Positions 7,934 through 17,301 of a DNA stretch of 64,000 nt are shown here, in pieces. Position 1 is the first letter of the stretch, and each line of letters starts with the position of its first letter. Source of the DNA: Candidatus Poribacteria bacterium. GTDB taxonomy: Bacteria; Poribacteria; WGA-4E; WGA-3G. A model generated the notes under the pieces. That model was not told where the DNA came from, did no database searches, and saw only the letters and a list, made by a program, of their open reading frames with translations. The stretch is from the NCBI GenBank assembly GCA_963665235.2, contig CAXXLX010000001.1:1312001-1376000 (forward strand), given 5' to 3'. The translations under genes and the position numbers were made by a program.

Positions 7934-9091
7934 TCATCGTGACCAGAGGGGAATCAATACTTTTGTTAGCTGCGCTAAACTTTCCAAATTGTGTGCGGGC
8001 AGAAAATAGTCTAGATATGGCAGTGCTGTGCGGATACCCCGACAAATCGGTTGATAATTGTCGCTGCCGAGCAGCGGGTTCAGCCATATTAAGCGGTAGG
8101 CGTGCCGATGCAACATCTCCATAGACCGGCGGAGCACATCTACATCGCCACGGTCCCAACCGTCGCTAATGAGAATGACTACCGTACGATACGCTGAGAA
8201 AGATGGAGCGAACTGTCGATAGAATTCCAGTAGACTTTCGCCAATCTTTGTGCCTCCCGACCAGTCGGGGACGACGTTTGCGACTTCGTTCAAGCCTTCT
8301 GTCAATCCTTTTCGTCGAAGCAAACCTGTAATATTTGTCATGTGTGTGCTGAAGACTGCGACTTCTACCTCTCTCAATGCCTGTTGCATTCCGTAGATAA
8401 ATTGGATGAGGAATTTGGCGTAGCAATCCATGGACCCGCTGACATCACAGAGGAGAAGGATTTTTGTTTTTTTGATTTTGCGTTGTTTGCGCATTAATTC
8501 AAGCGGTTCACCGCCGTGTGTGAGACTTTTTCGCCAGCTTCTTCGAAAATCGATAGCTCTGCCTTTTTTGCTAACAACTTTTCGTCTACTGAGTCTTGTT
8601 GCCAATACCTGCGCCAATTTTGCGATAATGTCCCGCGCCTTGTCCATATCTTCTGCTGTGAACTCGCTGAAATCTTTGCGGGTTAGGAGCTCTTCAGCAC
8701 TGTAGGCGATAGGGTCGTTTTCGTGTCCATTCTCCGCAGCTTCATCCTCAAAATCCACCCATTGGTCAAGTATATCCTCTCCGTCGGCTGCGTCGTAAAG
8801 GTCCTGGAGGCTGGAGGGTTCAGGCGTTTCTCGTTCTGTATCAACGGTTTGGAATTCAGGACGCGGGTATCGCCAAAAGAGGTTGAAGGCGATGTCAAAC
8901 GTCTCCCGGTCTGCTTGATTAGCGATGAGGTTTGTGCGCGCCGTATGGTAAAACGCCTCTCGCTCGCTGATGTCAATTAGTTCAACGCTCTTGCACCAAC
9001 TCAGCTGATTGGTGGTGCTGACGTTAATGCCGTTGTGTCGGAGCAATCGGCAGAAATCAGTGATTTGTTGGAGAAGGGTCTGATCAGTCAT
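7934..9091 (-). CDS. VWA-domain protein, CoxE family
   Basis: DVSGSM MIDAS motif, WSGGTKIG, ISDGWD, WLNPL. Confidence 0.9.
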   Translation of the reverse strand: MTDQTLLQQITDFCRLLRHNGINVSTTNQLSWCKSVELIDISEREAFYHTARTNLIANQADRETFDIAFNLFWRYPRPEFQTVDTERETPEPSSLQDLYDAADGEDILDQWVDFEDEAAENGHENDPIAYSAEELLTRKDFSEFTAEDMDKARDIIAKLAQVLATRLSRRKVVSKKGRAIDFRRSWRKSLTHGGEPLELMRKQRKIKKTKILLLCDVSGSMDCYAKFLIQFIYGMQQALREVEVAVFSTHMTNITGLLRRKGLTEGLNEVANVVPDWSGGTKIGESLLEFYRQFAPSFSAYRTVVILISDGWDRGDVDVLRRSMEMLHRHAYRLIWLNPLLGSDNYQPICRGIRTALPYLDYFLPAHNLESLAQLTKVLIPLWSR

Positions 9092-9135
9092 TTTTCTCGA
9101 TTTCCATAGAGAGTGGTTTAGTATTTGTTTTAGTT

Positions 9136-9408
9136 TTATTTTTTTAAGTCACCATAATGTGCCCTAAAACCCATTCGATATGCGGTCCGGTGTCCTATTC
9201 TCAGTAGGTAAACCGTAGCATTAGGATCCTTCGCGAGGAGACGAGTAACGGCTACCGTGCCGTTGACATCAATTTCACAGCCTTCCGTTTCAATGTCAAT
9301 TGCTAAGAATTTTCCATTGTGGTGTGGTTCGACCTCGTCTCGGAGTTGTTGATATATCATTCTACCCCGAGTCGCGATAGTTCCAGTTGTGTGCTCTGAA
9401 TGTGGCAT
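9136..9408 (-). CDS. Small hypothetical protein (DUF5678-like)
   Basis: GRxIY..EP.H.GKFLAIDIETxx pattern; RBS ggag. Confidence 0.55.
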   Translation of the reverse strand: MPHSEHTTGTIATRGRMIYQQLRDEVEPHHNGKFLAIDIETEGCEIDVNGTVAVTRLLAKDPNATVYLLRIGHRTAYRMGFRAHYGDLKK

Positions 9409-9434
9409 TGTGATTCTCCGAAGATTCTAATTGT

Positions 9435-10346
9435 TTAAAACTGGACTGAGCAGGCGTTTTCCTGTTCTTCTAAGTAAAGGATGAAGGCATCCAGTTCTTT
9501 GGAGAAAGTGCTAAACAACTCGCCGATTCGCTTTGCATTTTTCTCCGTTCTTTGGTAAACCAATTCCTGTCCGTATATATTATTGAAAACGTGGCGGAAC
9601 TCCAGCAATTCCTGCAAATATGCGAAAGTCTCTTGAGAAATTACAGGGTGTCGTTCAGGCCGCGCTTCGGACATCTGCGTTACTAGTTCTTTATGCCATC
9701 TACTTCCATCGGGCATCCGTAAATCAACATCGAGAGCGATTCGTTTAAAAATGTTCTCCACCCCCCTATAGTAGTCCACAAGATTTTTGGCGATGGTCGT
9801 TTCTATCTCTTCTCTATATTCAATCGGGGCAGTTTCAATTTTTTCTAATCTCTCTTGTATTTTTTTTAACGTTGCTTCTATCTTGTCGCGCTCGTCAAAA
9901 ATTCGCTGGATAAGTTCGCTTCTGTCCACTTCGTAGATTACCCCTTTTTCGATGGGAATTAGTTGGCTCTGGATTCTCTCGCGAAACAGCCCTTTGCAAT
10001 CTTTAAAATCGACTAAATCAATCTTAAACAGTCCGCTGATGTCGGATGCTACTGATGATGCCCGGAAATACTTGTCGTTGGGGATGCCCCAGACAGCGAT
10101 GTCAATATCGGACCATTTTGAGAACGATTCCCGTTCGGCAAGTGAGCCGAAGACAGCGACCTGGGTCGCGCCGAAGTCGCTGTAGAGGATGGTTGCAATT
10201 CGATGTGCGGTCTGCCATGCGCGTTGCAGCAAGGCTTCATCGACCTTCCTGTTCTGAAAGTGCTCATCGAGTCGCTGGCGATATTCCGCTAATTCTTCTG
10301 GCGATAAATCTTTGGCTGTGCGATGGGTGTCCGTAGATTGATGCAT
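9435..10346 (-). CDS. Fused minimal nucleotidyltransferase-HEPN (MntA-HepT-like) protein, copy 1
   Basis: FGSLA..SDIDIAV; C-domain ENIFKRIA..WHKEL..FRHVFNNIY. Confidence 0.85.
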   Translation of the reverse strand: MHQSTDTHRTAKDLSPEELAEYRQRLDEHFQNRKVDEALLQRAWQTAHRIATILYSDFGATQVAVFGSLAERESFSKWSDIDIAVWGIPNDKYFRASSVASDISGLFKIDLVDFKDCKGLFRERIQSQLIPIEKGVIYEVDRSELIQRIFDERDKIEATLKKIQERLEKIETAPIEYREEIETTIAKNLVDYYRGVENIFKRIALDVDLRMPDGSRWHKELVTQMSEARPERHPVISQETFAYLQELLEFRHVFNNIYGQELVYQRTEKNAKRIGELFSTFSKELDAFILYLEEQENACSVQF

Positions 10347-10362
10347 AGGATTGTCTCATGAA

Positions 10363-11304
10363 TTACTCGTCAGGATTTTTTAGCCACACTATGAACACGT
10401 CGAGTTCGGCAGATAAACTGTCAAACATATTGCAGACCTCTTGTGCGTTTTCAACTATTTTTTCAAGTTCCAATTCAAATACGTATATGTTTCTAAAACG
10501 GTGGCGGAATTTTAAAGGACGCGTTAAAGCGGCGGCTGTTTTTTCGGAAATCACAGATGGACGCACTGGGCGCGACATTGACATCTGCTCTAATAAATCT
10601 GTGTGCCAATTTTTTCCCTGAGATTCGTCCTGGTCAATTTCTTGAGCAATCCGTTTGAAAATGTTCTCTAATCCGGTATAGAAAACAGAGAGGCGTATAG
10701 CAATCAATTCTTTAAGCTCTTCCCGAGCTTCAGCGGATGCCGTTTTCATTCTTTCGAGGCGCGTTTTGATTTCTTCAACAGTTCTCGCTATTTTTTTTCG
10801 TTCATCAGCGATTCGATTGATGAGTTCTTGCTTGTTCATTTTGTCAGTTTCAGCGCGGATTTTTTGACATTCAGAGATTAATCCACTGTAGCCTGTTTCT
10901 CCCTGTTGAATTCGGATAGCTTGACTTTGAATCCGTTCGCGAAATCGGCCTTTCGCGCTGTGAAAGTTGATGAGCTCTATTTTGAACTCTGGACTGAAAT
11001 TTCTGGTTTCCCATAACGCGTCAAGATATGTGTCATCAGAAAGTCCCCAGACAGCAATATCAATATCTGACTCTTTTGAAAACCACCTCTGTCCGGCAAG
11101 CGAGCCGAAGACAGCGACCTGTGTCGCGCTAAAGTCGCTATAGAGCATGGTTGCAATCCGATGTGCGGTCTGCCATGCGCGTTGCAGCAATGCTTCATCC
11201 ACTTTCCGGTTCTGAAAGTGTTGGTCAAGTCGCTGGCGATATTCTGCCAATTCTTCTGGCGATAAATCTTTCGCTGTGCGATGGGTGTCCGTAGATTGAT
11301 GCAT
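10363..11304 (-). CDS. Fused MNT-HEPN protein, copy 2
   Basis: FGSLA..SDIDIAV; ENIFKRIA..WHTDLL..FRHRFRNIY. The N-terminus is nearly identical to copy 1. Confidence 0.85.
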   Translation of the reverse strand: MHQSTDTHRTAKDLSPEELAEYRQRLDQHFQNRKVDEALLQRAWQTAHRIATMLYSDFSATQVAVFGSLAGQRWFSKESDIDIAVWGLSDDTYLDALWETRNFSPEFKIELINFHSAKGRFRERIQSQAIRIQQGETGYSGLISECQKIRAETDKMNKQELINRIADERKKIARTVEEIKTRLERMKTASAEAREELKELIAIRLSVFYTGLENIFKRIAQEIDQDESQGKNWHTDLLEQMSMSRPVRPSVISEKTAAALTRPLKFRHRFRNIYVFELELEKIVENAQEVCNMFDSLSAELDVFIVWLKNPDE

Positions 11305-11335
11305 CAAAATCTCCATTTAACTGCCATCCAGACTA

Positions 11336-11788
11336 TCATTCGGGACTTGTCGGAAAGGGAAGTTTACTCACAACCCAACTTCCATCCGCTTTTCCGGCTG
11401 CTAAAAAACATTTCTCACCTGCACAGACGCGTGCAAGGACAGGATTCAGTGTTATCTTCAAATCAAACATGCTAATTCCTATGTTACCGCCAATTACGGA
11501 CCAAGAGCCTCCCTCATGGCTATAACTGACGGTGGGCGACTTTAGCACAATCCGCTTAAAACTGGCTTCGCCTTTTTCGGTAACATGAAATATCACATCG
11601 AAATTGTACCCATCCGCACTGGCGGTGTAGTGACAACTTTCGCCCGGCTGCAACTTTAATCCGATAACGGCGGGTTGGGGTGCTTTGCGTGTACCCCGAA
11701 GGATTTTGATTGAGGAACACCCTAGACAGCAAAACAGTGTTAGCAGCAATATCGGAAGGGCGGTGCAAGCGAATTTTTTCCGTATCAT
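11336..11788 (-). CDS. Hypothetical lipoprotein
   Basis: Lipobox-like CLGC after a hydrophobic stretch; AAGGAG RBS. Confidence 0.6.
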   Translation of the reverse strand: MIRKKFACTALPILLLTLFCCLGCSSIKILRGTRKAPQPAVIGLKLQPGESCHYTASADGYNFDVIFHVTEKGEASFKRIVLKSPTVSYSHEGGSWSVIGGNIGISMFDLKITLNPVLARVCAGEKCFLAAGKADGSWVVSKLPFPTSPE

Positions 11789-11885
11789 CAGATTTCTCCT
11801 TAATTGCAGGTTTGCTGTTTGTCCCGATGGCGTATCTCAAAATCTCACTACGTGTAGGATACCATGAAATACGTTTTGAATGCAA

Positions 11886-12169
11886 GAAAAAAGAGAGGGG
11901 GAAGGATGGAAGACAGGAAGGATGGAAGGGTGGAAGGGGGGAAGGATGGATTTCGCTTATGTTGTCTGAATGCACGTCGCATTTGGGCGAGTACGCCGCA
12001 AATCGCGGATTGCACGGAGAACGCGGAGAACGCGGAAAGAAGAGGTTTTCGCGCCTGAAACATATCGCCCCGATGAGGCTAGTTTGTTGGCGCGTTACGC
12101 CTTCTTCTATAAATATAACGCCCATACTGGGCTAATACTGAACAACTTGTACAGAAACTGGACACACTC
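11886..12169 (+). repeat. Composite dispersed repeat (purine-rich GGAAG tract, 51-bp core, gcccc..gggc hairpins)
   Basis: Core 11961-12011 is identical to the reverse complement of 39712-39762. Confidence 0.85.
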
Positions 12170-12387
12170 ATTTTTTTTCTTGACATTCTTTGAGAAAATT
12201 GTGATAATTATACTCAGGAGATTGTGATAATAATTGGGCAAAGGTGAGAAAAGAGGGATATGAGGTCCTCTGTCTCATCATCAATTTACCGAAAACCTTC
12301 CACCTTGAACGCATCGGGCCAATTTTGCTCATCTGTTTTTCTTTAGGTATATCAATTATTCTTGCCTACACAGCAACCAGGTGAACT

Positions 12388-12813
12388 TTGACCGGCTTAG
12401 AGAGCACGCTTTGGCAAATCTTTGTCTTCGCCGGAGGCCTTGCAGGTTCGTTCATTTTCGGTCGCCAATCGGCGCGGGAGGCAGCGAGAGAGGTTCTCAA
12501 ACCGTATGCTCGTGGTGCAGCCCGATATCTTATATCCCTCTATAAGAGTATTATGCGCGCCCGCTCGGCTGCCACAATGCAAACGCCACAAGACCTTGAA
12601 TCTTCTGCCGGGTACCACGTTATTCGCGCTTACCTAATAGCAACTTTCACCGAACAACTGGCTACAGCAGATGATGCCTTAGAAAATTGGCGCGACGTTT
12701 TAGACGAAGAGTTAGAAGATTTGATCGAAAAACTCCGAGAAGATATCACAATACCGGAAGAACTGGAAGGTCTGATCGAAAAATCCCGAGAGGACAACAC
12801 AAACGAGGTATAA
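12388..12813 (+). CDS. Hypothetical membrane-anchored protein
   Basis: 141-aa ORF with an N-terminal TM segment. The start is uncertain and the 5' end may be degraded. Confidence 0.5.
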   Translation: MTGLESTLWQIFVFAGGLAGSFIFGRQSAREAAREVLKPYARGAARYLISLYKSIMRARSAATMQTPQDLESSAGYHVIRAYLIATFTEQLATADDALENWRDVLDEELEDLIEKLREDITIPEELEGLIEKSREDNTNEV

Positions 12814-12815
12814 AA

Positions 12816-13350
12816 ATGACTGAACCTATTCGCGGAAAAGTCGCACGCGTCCTTAATGGACAAGAAATCGTCCTAAACGCTGGAATTGTAGATGGCGTAA
12901 CTGTTGGCATGGACTTCAATGTAATGGATCCCAACGGTGAAGATATAAGGGATCCCGATACGAATGAATTCTTAGGCTCTATTGAACGGCCGAAAGTTAA
13001 AGTGCGAGTCATCCATACTCAAGAAAAATTAGCCGTGGCAACACCGTCTCCATCAAAAGGAACAGATACTGACGTAATAGCCGACTTGTCTCGACGATAC
13101 CGACTCTTGGTCCAATTGCTCGATCCCTCATGCCGCCTAGTTGGGTAGAAAGGTCTGAGAGACCTCGGAAAACCTCTCAGACTCTCGACGATACCGACTC
13201 GTCCAATTGCTCGATCCCTCATGCCGCCTAGTTGGGTAGAAAGGTCTGAGAGACCTCGGCTTCTTTTTCACCAAAACCTCTCAGACTTCTGACGCACTCA
13301 ATGTGAAAATCGGAGATCCCGTCGTTCAAGTCATCGAAGAAACGGAGTAG
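12816..13350 (+). pseudogene. Frameshifted hypothetical protein gene containing an internal 80-bp duplication
   Basis: MTEPIRGKVAR.. stops at 13148. A plausible C-terminus VKIGDPVVQVIEETE* ends at 13350 in another frame. Duplication at 13089-13168 / 13183-13259. Confidence 0.6.
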
Positions 13351-13354
13351 GACT

Positions 13355-13603
13355 ATGCCAAGACTTACTGAACAGGAACAACAAGAAATCATCCGCTTTA
13401 TTGAGGCAGACAAACCGCTGCCTGACAAATACCGCTTTCTGCTGTTTGAGGACAAACGTGAGGTAGAACTTGTCTGGAACGGCAAGACTAACGAGGTCTG
13501 CAACATCGTCCTTCCGTTTCAGACGATTGAGCAGGTGGACGAACCTCGCGCCGAAAAACCCTCCGAAGATAACCGGCAGTTGCCCTACTACAAACGATTA
13601 TGA
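13355..13603 (+). pseudogene. Truncated N-terminus of a site-specific DNA methyltransferase (type III Mod-like)
   Basis: KPLPDKYRFLLF..EVELVWNGK..LPFQTIEQVDEPR resembles Mod N-termini. It ends after 82 aa with no DPPF/DPPY motif. Confidence 0.7.
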
Positions 13604-13611
13604 ATGAAGGT

Positions 13612-14517
13612 TCAAAAATCGACTGCTTTCTGCAGCTCGCGATACCGCTCCTCGATTTCGCGGAATTGGACAGACTTTTGGCGGTTAATGCTGAAATCTT
13701 CAATGTTGAAGGAGGCGATAACGGTGCCATATATCATCGCTTTGCGGATGGCGGTCTCTGATGTGGCATCAACAGCGGCGAGATATCCTATAAACCCCCC
13801 GGCGAAACTGTCGCCTGCTCCCGTAGGGTCGGCAACTTTTGTGAGCGGATATGCCGGTGCGCTGAAGAAAGATGTGTCCGTGACGCTGATTGCTCCGTGT
13901 TCTCCCTTCTTGACAATAACCCGTTTGGGCCCGTAGTGCAGAATTGCACGTGCGGCCTTTATCAGATTAGATTCACCGGTTAGTAAACGTGCCTCGCTAT
14001 CGTTCAGGATGAGGATATCCACGTGTGCTATCGTTTCGATTAAAGCTTCTGGCTCCTGGTTAATCCAGAAATCCATTGTATCACAGACGACTAATTTTGG
14101 GTTTGATGTCTGCTCAATGATGCTCAATTGCAGCTGGGGTGGGTTGTTGGCGAGGAAGATATAAGGGGTTTTTTTATAGACATCGGGCAGAATAGGGTTA
14201 AAATCGTTGACGACGTTCAATTCCGTAAAAAGCGTCCCGCGTACGTTGAAGTCTTCCGAATACCGGCCGCCCCATCGGAACGTTTTGCCATTTTCGATAC
14301 GTTTTAAGCCTTGGAGGTCAATTCCACGGGTCTGTAGAAAATCGGTGTGGGTGTGAGCGAAATCAGACCCGACCACACCGACGAGTCGAACGGGTGCCTC
14401 AAAAAAACTCGCTGCGACAGCAGCATAAACCCCAGAACCTCCGACAACATCTTCAACGCGTTTGTGAGGGGTTTCTACGGTATCCAGTGTCACCGTTCCG
14501 ACAATTAATACACCCAT
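13612..14517 (-). CDS. PfkB-family sugar/nucleoside kinase
   Basis: GGSG at the N-terminus, DPTGAGDSFAGG signature. Confidence 0.9.
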   Translation of the reverse strand: MGVLIVGTVTLDTVETPHKRVEDVVGGSGVYAAVAASFFEAPVRLVGVVGSDFAHTHTDFLQTRGIDLQGLKRIENGKTFRWGGRYSEDFNVRGTLFTELNVVNDFNPILPDVYKKTPYIFLANNPPQLQLSIIEQTSNPKLVVCDTMDFWINQEPEALIETIAHVDILILNDSEARLLTGESNLIKAARAILHYGPKRVIVKKGEHGAISVTDTSFFSAPAYPLTKVADPTGAGDSFAGGFIGYLAAVDATSETAIRKAMIYGTVIASFNIEDFSINRQKSVQFREIEERYRELQKAVDF

Positions 14518-14542
14518 TATTTAGCTATCTCCATCGGTTTTG

Positions 14543-14788
14543 CTAGAACAGAAAGGGGCCTGGTCGATTTTTGTTATCGCGCATTGCTCGGAGGATGCGG
14601 CGTAAGCGGCGGATGAGAATAACACCGAGGACAATAACAACCGGTACTTGCAAAAATCCCAATAATCTTAGGATTCCCGCTGGAAATTGGAGCTTGCCAG
14701 CGTGTGCTAACCATATCGGTAATAACAGAAGGGCTGAAAGGAGTAATATGATGCTTTCCCAGATTTCCGATTTCTTCATCTGTTTCAC
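14543..14788 (-). CDS. Small two-TM membrane protein
   Basis: Two hydrophobic segments and a basic tail; fits between ahcY and pfkB. Confidence 0.55.
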   Translation of the reverse strand: MKQMKKSEIWESIILLLSALLLLPIWLAHAGKLQFPAGILRLLGFLQVPVVIVLGVILIRRLRRILRAMRDNKNRPGPFLF

Positions 14789-14797
14789 CGTTGGCTA

Positions 14798-16060
14798 TTA
14801 GGTGCCCATTTCCCATGAATTGAGATATTTTTCCTGTTCTGGTGTGAGCGTATCAATTTCAATACCGAATGCGGCTAACTTGAGGCTTGCAACTTCCTCG
14901 TCAATAGATTTGGGAACGTCGTAAACTCGATTTTCAAAGGATTGGTGATTTTGGGCGATATATTCTAGAGATAACGCCTGATTGGCGAAGCTCATGTCCA
15001 TGACACTTGCTGGGTGTCCCTCAGCGGATGCAAGGTTGACTAACCGTCCCTCGCCGATGAGATACACCGTGTTACCGTTTTGGAGGGTGTATGCCTCGAC
15101 GAATTTGCGTGCTGTGGCCTTTTCGACTGCGAGTTCTTCAAGTGCGGGGATATCAATTTCGACGTTAAAATGCCCTGAGTTAGCGATAATTGTGCCATCT
15201 TTCATCGCCTCGAAATGCGATTTTCGGAGGACGTGGATATCGCCTGTTAGGGTCACGATAAGGTCAGCTTCCTGAACGGCGTTTTGCATGGGCATAACTC
15301 GGAATCCATCCATGACAGCTTCCAACGCTTTCAAAGCGTTAACCTCTGTTACGATAACATTTGCGCCGAGGCCGCGGGCACGATTTGCTACGCCTCTACC
15401 GCACCATCCGTATCCTGCCACGACAACGGTTGTTCCTGCAATGAGCAGATTAGTTGAGCGAATGATGCCATCTAACGTGCTTTGCCCGGTGCCGTATCGG
15501 TTATCAAAGAAATGTTTTGTATCGGCATCGTTAACAGCAATAATTGGGTATTTCAGGACACCTTCAGCTGCCATGCTTTTGAGTCGAATAACCCCGGTTG
15601 TTGTTTCTTCAGTACCAGCAATTACTTGTTCAACAAGGGCAGGGTTCGTCTCCTCGGAGTGTAGTCTTGAGACGAGGTCAGCTCCATCATCCATCGTAAT
15701 CGTAGGTTGGGCATTGAGGGCGGAGTCGATGTGTTGATAATAGGTCTCTGTATCCTCCCCGTTAATTGCAAAGACACCGATTTTCTCATCAACGACGAGG
15801 GCTGCGGCGACATCGTCCTGTGTGCTGAGCGGATTTGATGCACACAAGACCAATTCGGCACCGCCCGCCTTCAAGGTCTTCATCAGATTTGCTGTTTCGG
15901 TTGTGACATGTAGGCATGCGGCGATGTTTAATCCTTGGAGTGGACGTTCTTTTGCGAACCGTTCTCGGATAGATGTGAGTACCGGCATAAACCTATTTGC
16001 CCAGTCAATCCGCTGTTTTCCTGTAGCTGCAAGGTCTGTGCTTTTGATATCGTAGTCCAT
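14798..16060 (-). CDS. ahcY: Adenosylhomocysteinase
   Basis: [39 protein letters not shown]; AAGGAGG RBS before ATG 16060. Confidence 0.97.
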   Translation of the reverse strand: MDYDIKSTDLAATGKQRIDWANRFMPVLTSIRERFAKERPLQGLNIAACLHVTTETANLMKTLKAGGAELVLCASNPLSTQDDVAAALVVDEKIGVFAINGEDTETYYQHIDSALNAQPTITMDDGADLVSRLHSEETNPALVEQVIAGTEETTTGVIRLKSMAAEGVLKYPIIAVNDADTKHFFDNRYGTGQSTLDGIIRSTNLLIAGTTVVVAGYGWCGRGVANRARGLGANVIVTEVNALKALEAVMDGFRVMPMQNAVQEADLIVTLTGDIHVLRKSHFEAMKDGTIIANSGHFNVEIDIPALEELAVEKATARKFVEAYTLQNGNTVYLIGEGRLVNLASAEGHPASVMDMSFANQALSLEYIAQNHQSFENRVYDVPKSIDEEVASLKLAAFGIEIDTLTPEQEKYLNSWEMGT

Positions 16061-16068
16061 GAGCCTCC

Positions 16069-17196
16069 TTAGGTCTTTAATTTTTCGACATAATCGGTTT
16101 GTTCCCATGTGAAACCTGCTTCGGTGCGGCCGAAGTGTCCATAAGCTGCGGTGTTTCTATAGATAGGTTCGCGGAGTTTCAACCGTTCGATAATACCTGC
16201 GGGTGTGAGTTCGAAATGCTGCTGGATTAATTGTGCTGCGCGTTCATCGTCTCCGGTGCCGAAGGTATCGACCATAACGGAGACAGGGGTTTTGCGTCCG
16301 ATTGCGTAAGCGATTTGGATTTCGCACCGTTCGGCTAACCCAGCGGCGACGAGATTTTTGGCGGCGTGGCGTGCGGCATAAGTTGCGCTTCTATCAACTT
16401 TGGTTGGGTCTTTTCCGGAGAGCGCGCCGCCGCCATGCCGGCCCATTCCGCCATAAGTATCAACGATAATTTTGCGCCCGGTTAATCCGGCATCGCCGTG
16501 GGGGCCACCCGTCACAAAACGTCCGGTGGGGTTAATGTGGTACACTACATCAGGGCTCATAAGGTTTTCAGGGATAACTTTTTTGATAACCTCCTCGATG
16601 ATACCTTCCTTTAGGTCAGTATCAGCGACATCTGGGTCATGTTGTGCGGAGACAACAACCGTTTTGACGTGTACCGGTCTGTTATCAACATATTCGACCG
16701 TTACCTGCGATTTTCCATCAGGTCTGATGAAATCGAGGATATTGGTTTTGCGAACTTCAGCGAGGCGGCGCGTTAATTGGTGAGCTAAGGTAATCGGCAG
16801 CGGCATCAATTCCGGTGTTTCTGTGCATGCGTAACCGAACATTAACCCCTGGTCGCCTGCCCCGCCTGGGTTGACCCCCATTGCAATATCAGGCGATTGT
16901 TTATCAATAGCGGTTAAAACTGCGCTATGTTCAGCATCAAACCCGTAGCTTGCATCGGTATACCCGATGTCAGCTATGACTGCTCGGGCAACTTCTTGCA
17001 AATTAGGGGTTGCTGTTGTGGTAATTTCACCTGCAATAAGGACAAGCCCTGTTGTTACGAGGGTTTCACAGGCGACTCTGCCCGTTGTATCTTCTGTCAG
17101 GATGGCATCTAGAATAGCATCAGAGATCTGGTCAGCGATTTTATCCGGATGTCCTTCCGTGACCGATTCGGACGTAAACAAAAAATTTTGGTTCAA
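16069..17196 (-). CDS. metK: S-adenosylmethionine synthetase
   Basis: [27 protein letters not shown]; TTG start. Confidence 0.98.
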   Translation of the reverse strand: MNQNFLFTSESVTEGHPDKIADQISDAILDAILTEDTTGRVACETLVTTGLVLIAGEITTTATPNLQEVARAVIADIGYTDASYGFDAEHSAVLTAIDKQSPDIAMGVNPGGAGDQGLMFGYACTETPELMPLPITLAHQLTRRLAEVRKTNILDFIRPDGKSQVTVEYVDNRPVHVKTVVVSAQHDPDVADTDLKEGIIEEVIKKVIPENLMSPDVVYHINPTGRFVTGGPHGDAGLTGRKIIVDTYGGMGRHGGGALSGKDPTKVDRSATYAARHAAKNLVAAGLAERCEIQIAYAIGRKTPVSVMVDTFGTGDDERAAQLIQQHFELTPAGIIERLKLREPIYRNTAAYGHFGRTEAGFTWEQTDYVEKLKT

Positions 17197-17301
17197 TTCG
17201 GCTCTCCTGTTCTGTGCATTGGTCCCCGCATCTGACTAGCATAGCGTGGGACCAGCATTCAGAAAATTCAGGGTTGTGTTCATCAGCCGTTGCTGTGAAC
17301 G

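Noticed and set aside
11984-12003. Similarity of tgggcgagtacgccgcaa to 16S rRNA helix 27
   Set aside because: The match is short and imperfect, with no flanking rRNA sequence.
11556-12227. Overlapping ORFs across the composite repeat (also 39521-39965)
   Set aside because: They are low-complexity translations of a non-coding repeat.
13089-13259. Diversity-generating retroelement template/variable repeat pair
   Set aside because: The difference is an indel rather than adenine-specific substitutions, and there is no reverse transcriptase in the window.
17197-17300. Known SAM-I or SAM/SAH riboswitch before metK
   Set aside because: Only a CAACGGCT fragment resembles the SAM/SAH class and the remaining consensus is absent. 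Kept only as an unclassified hairpin.
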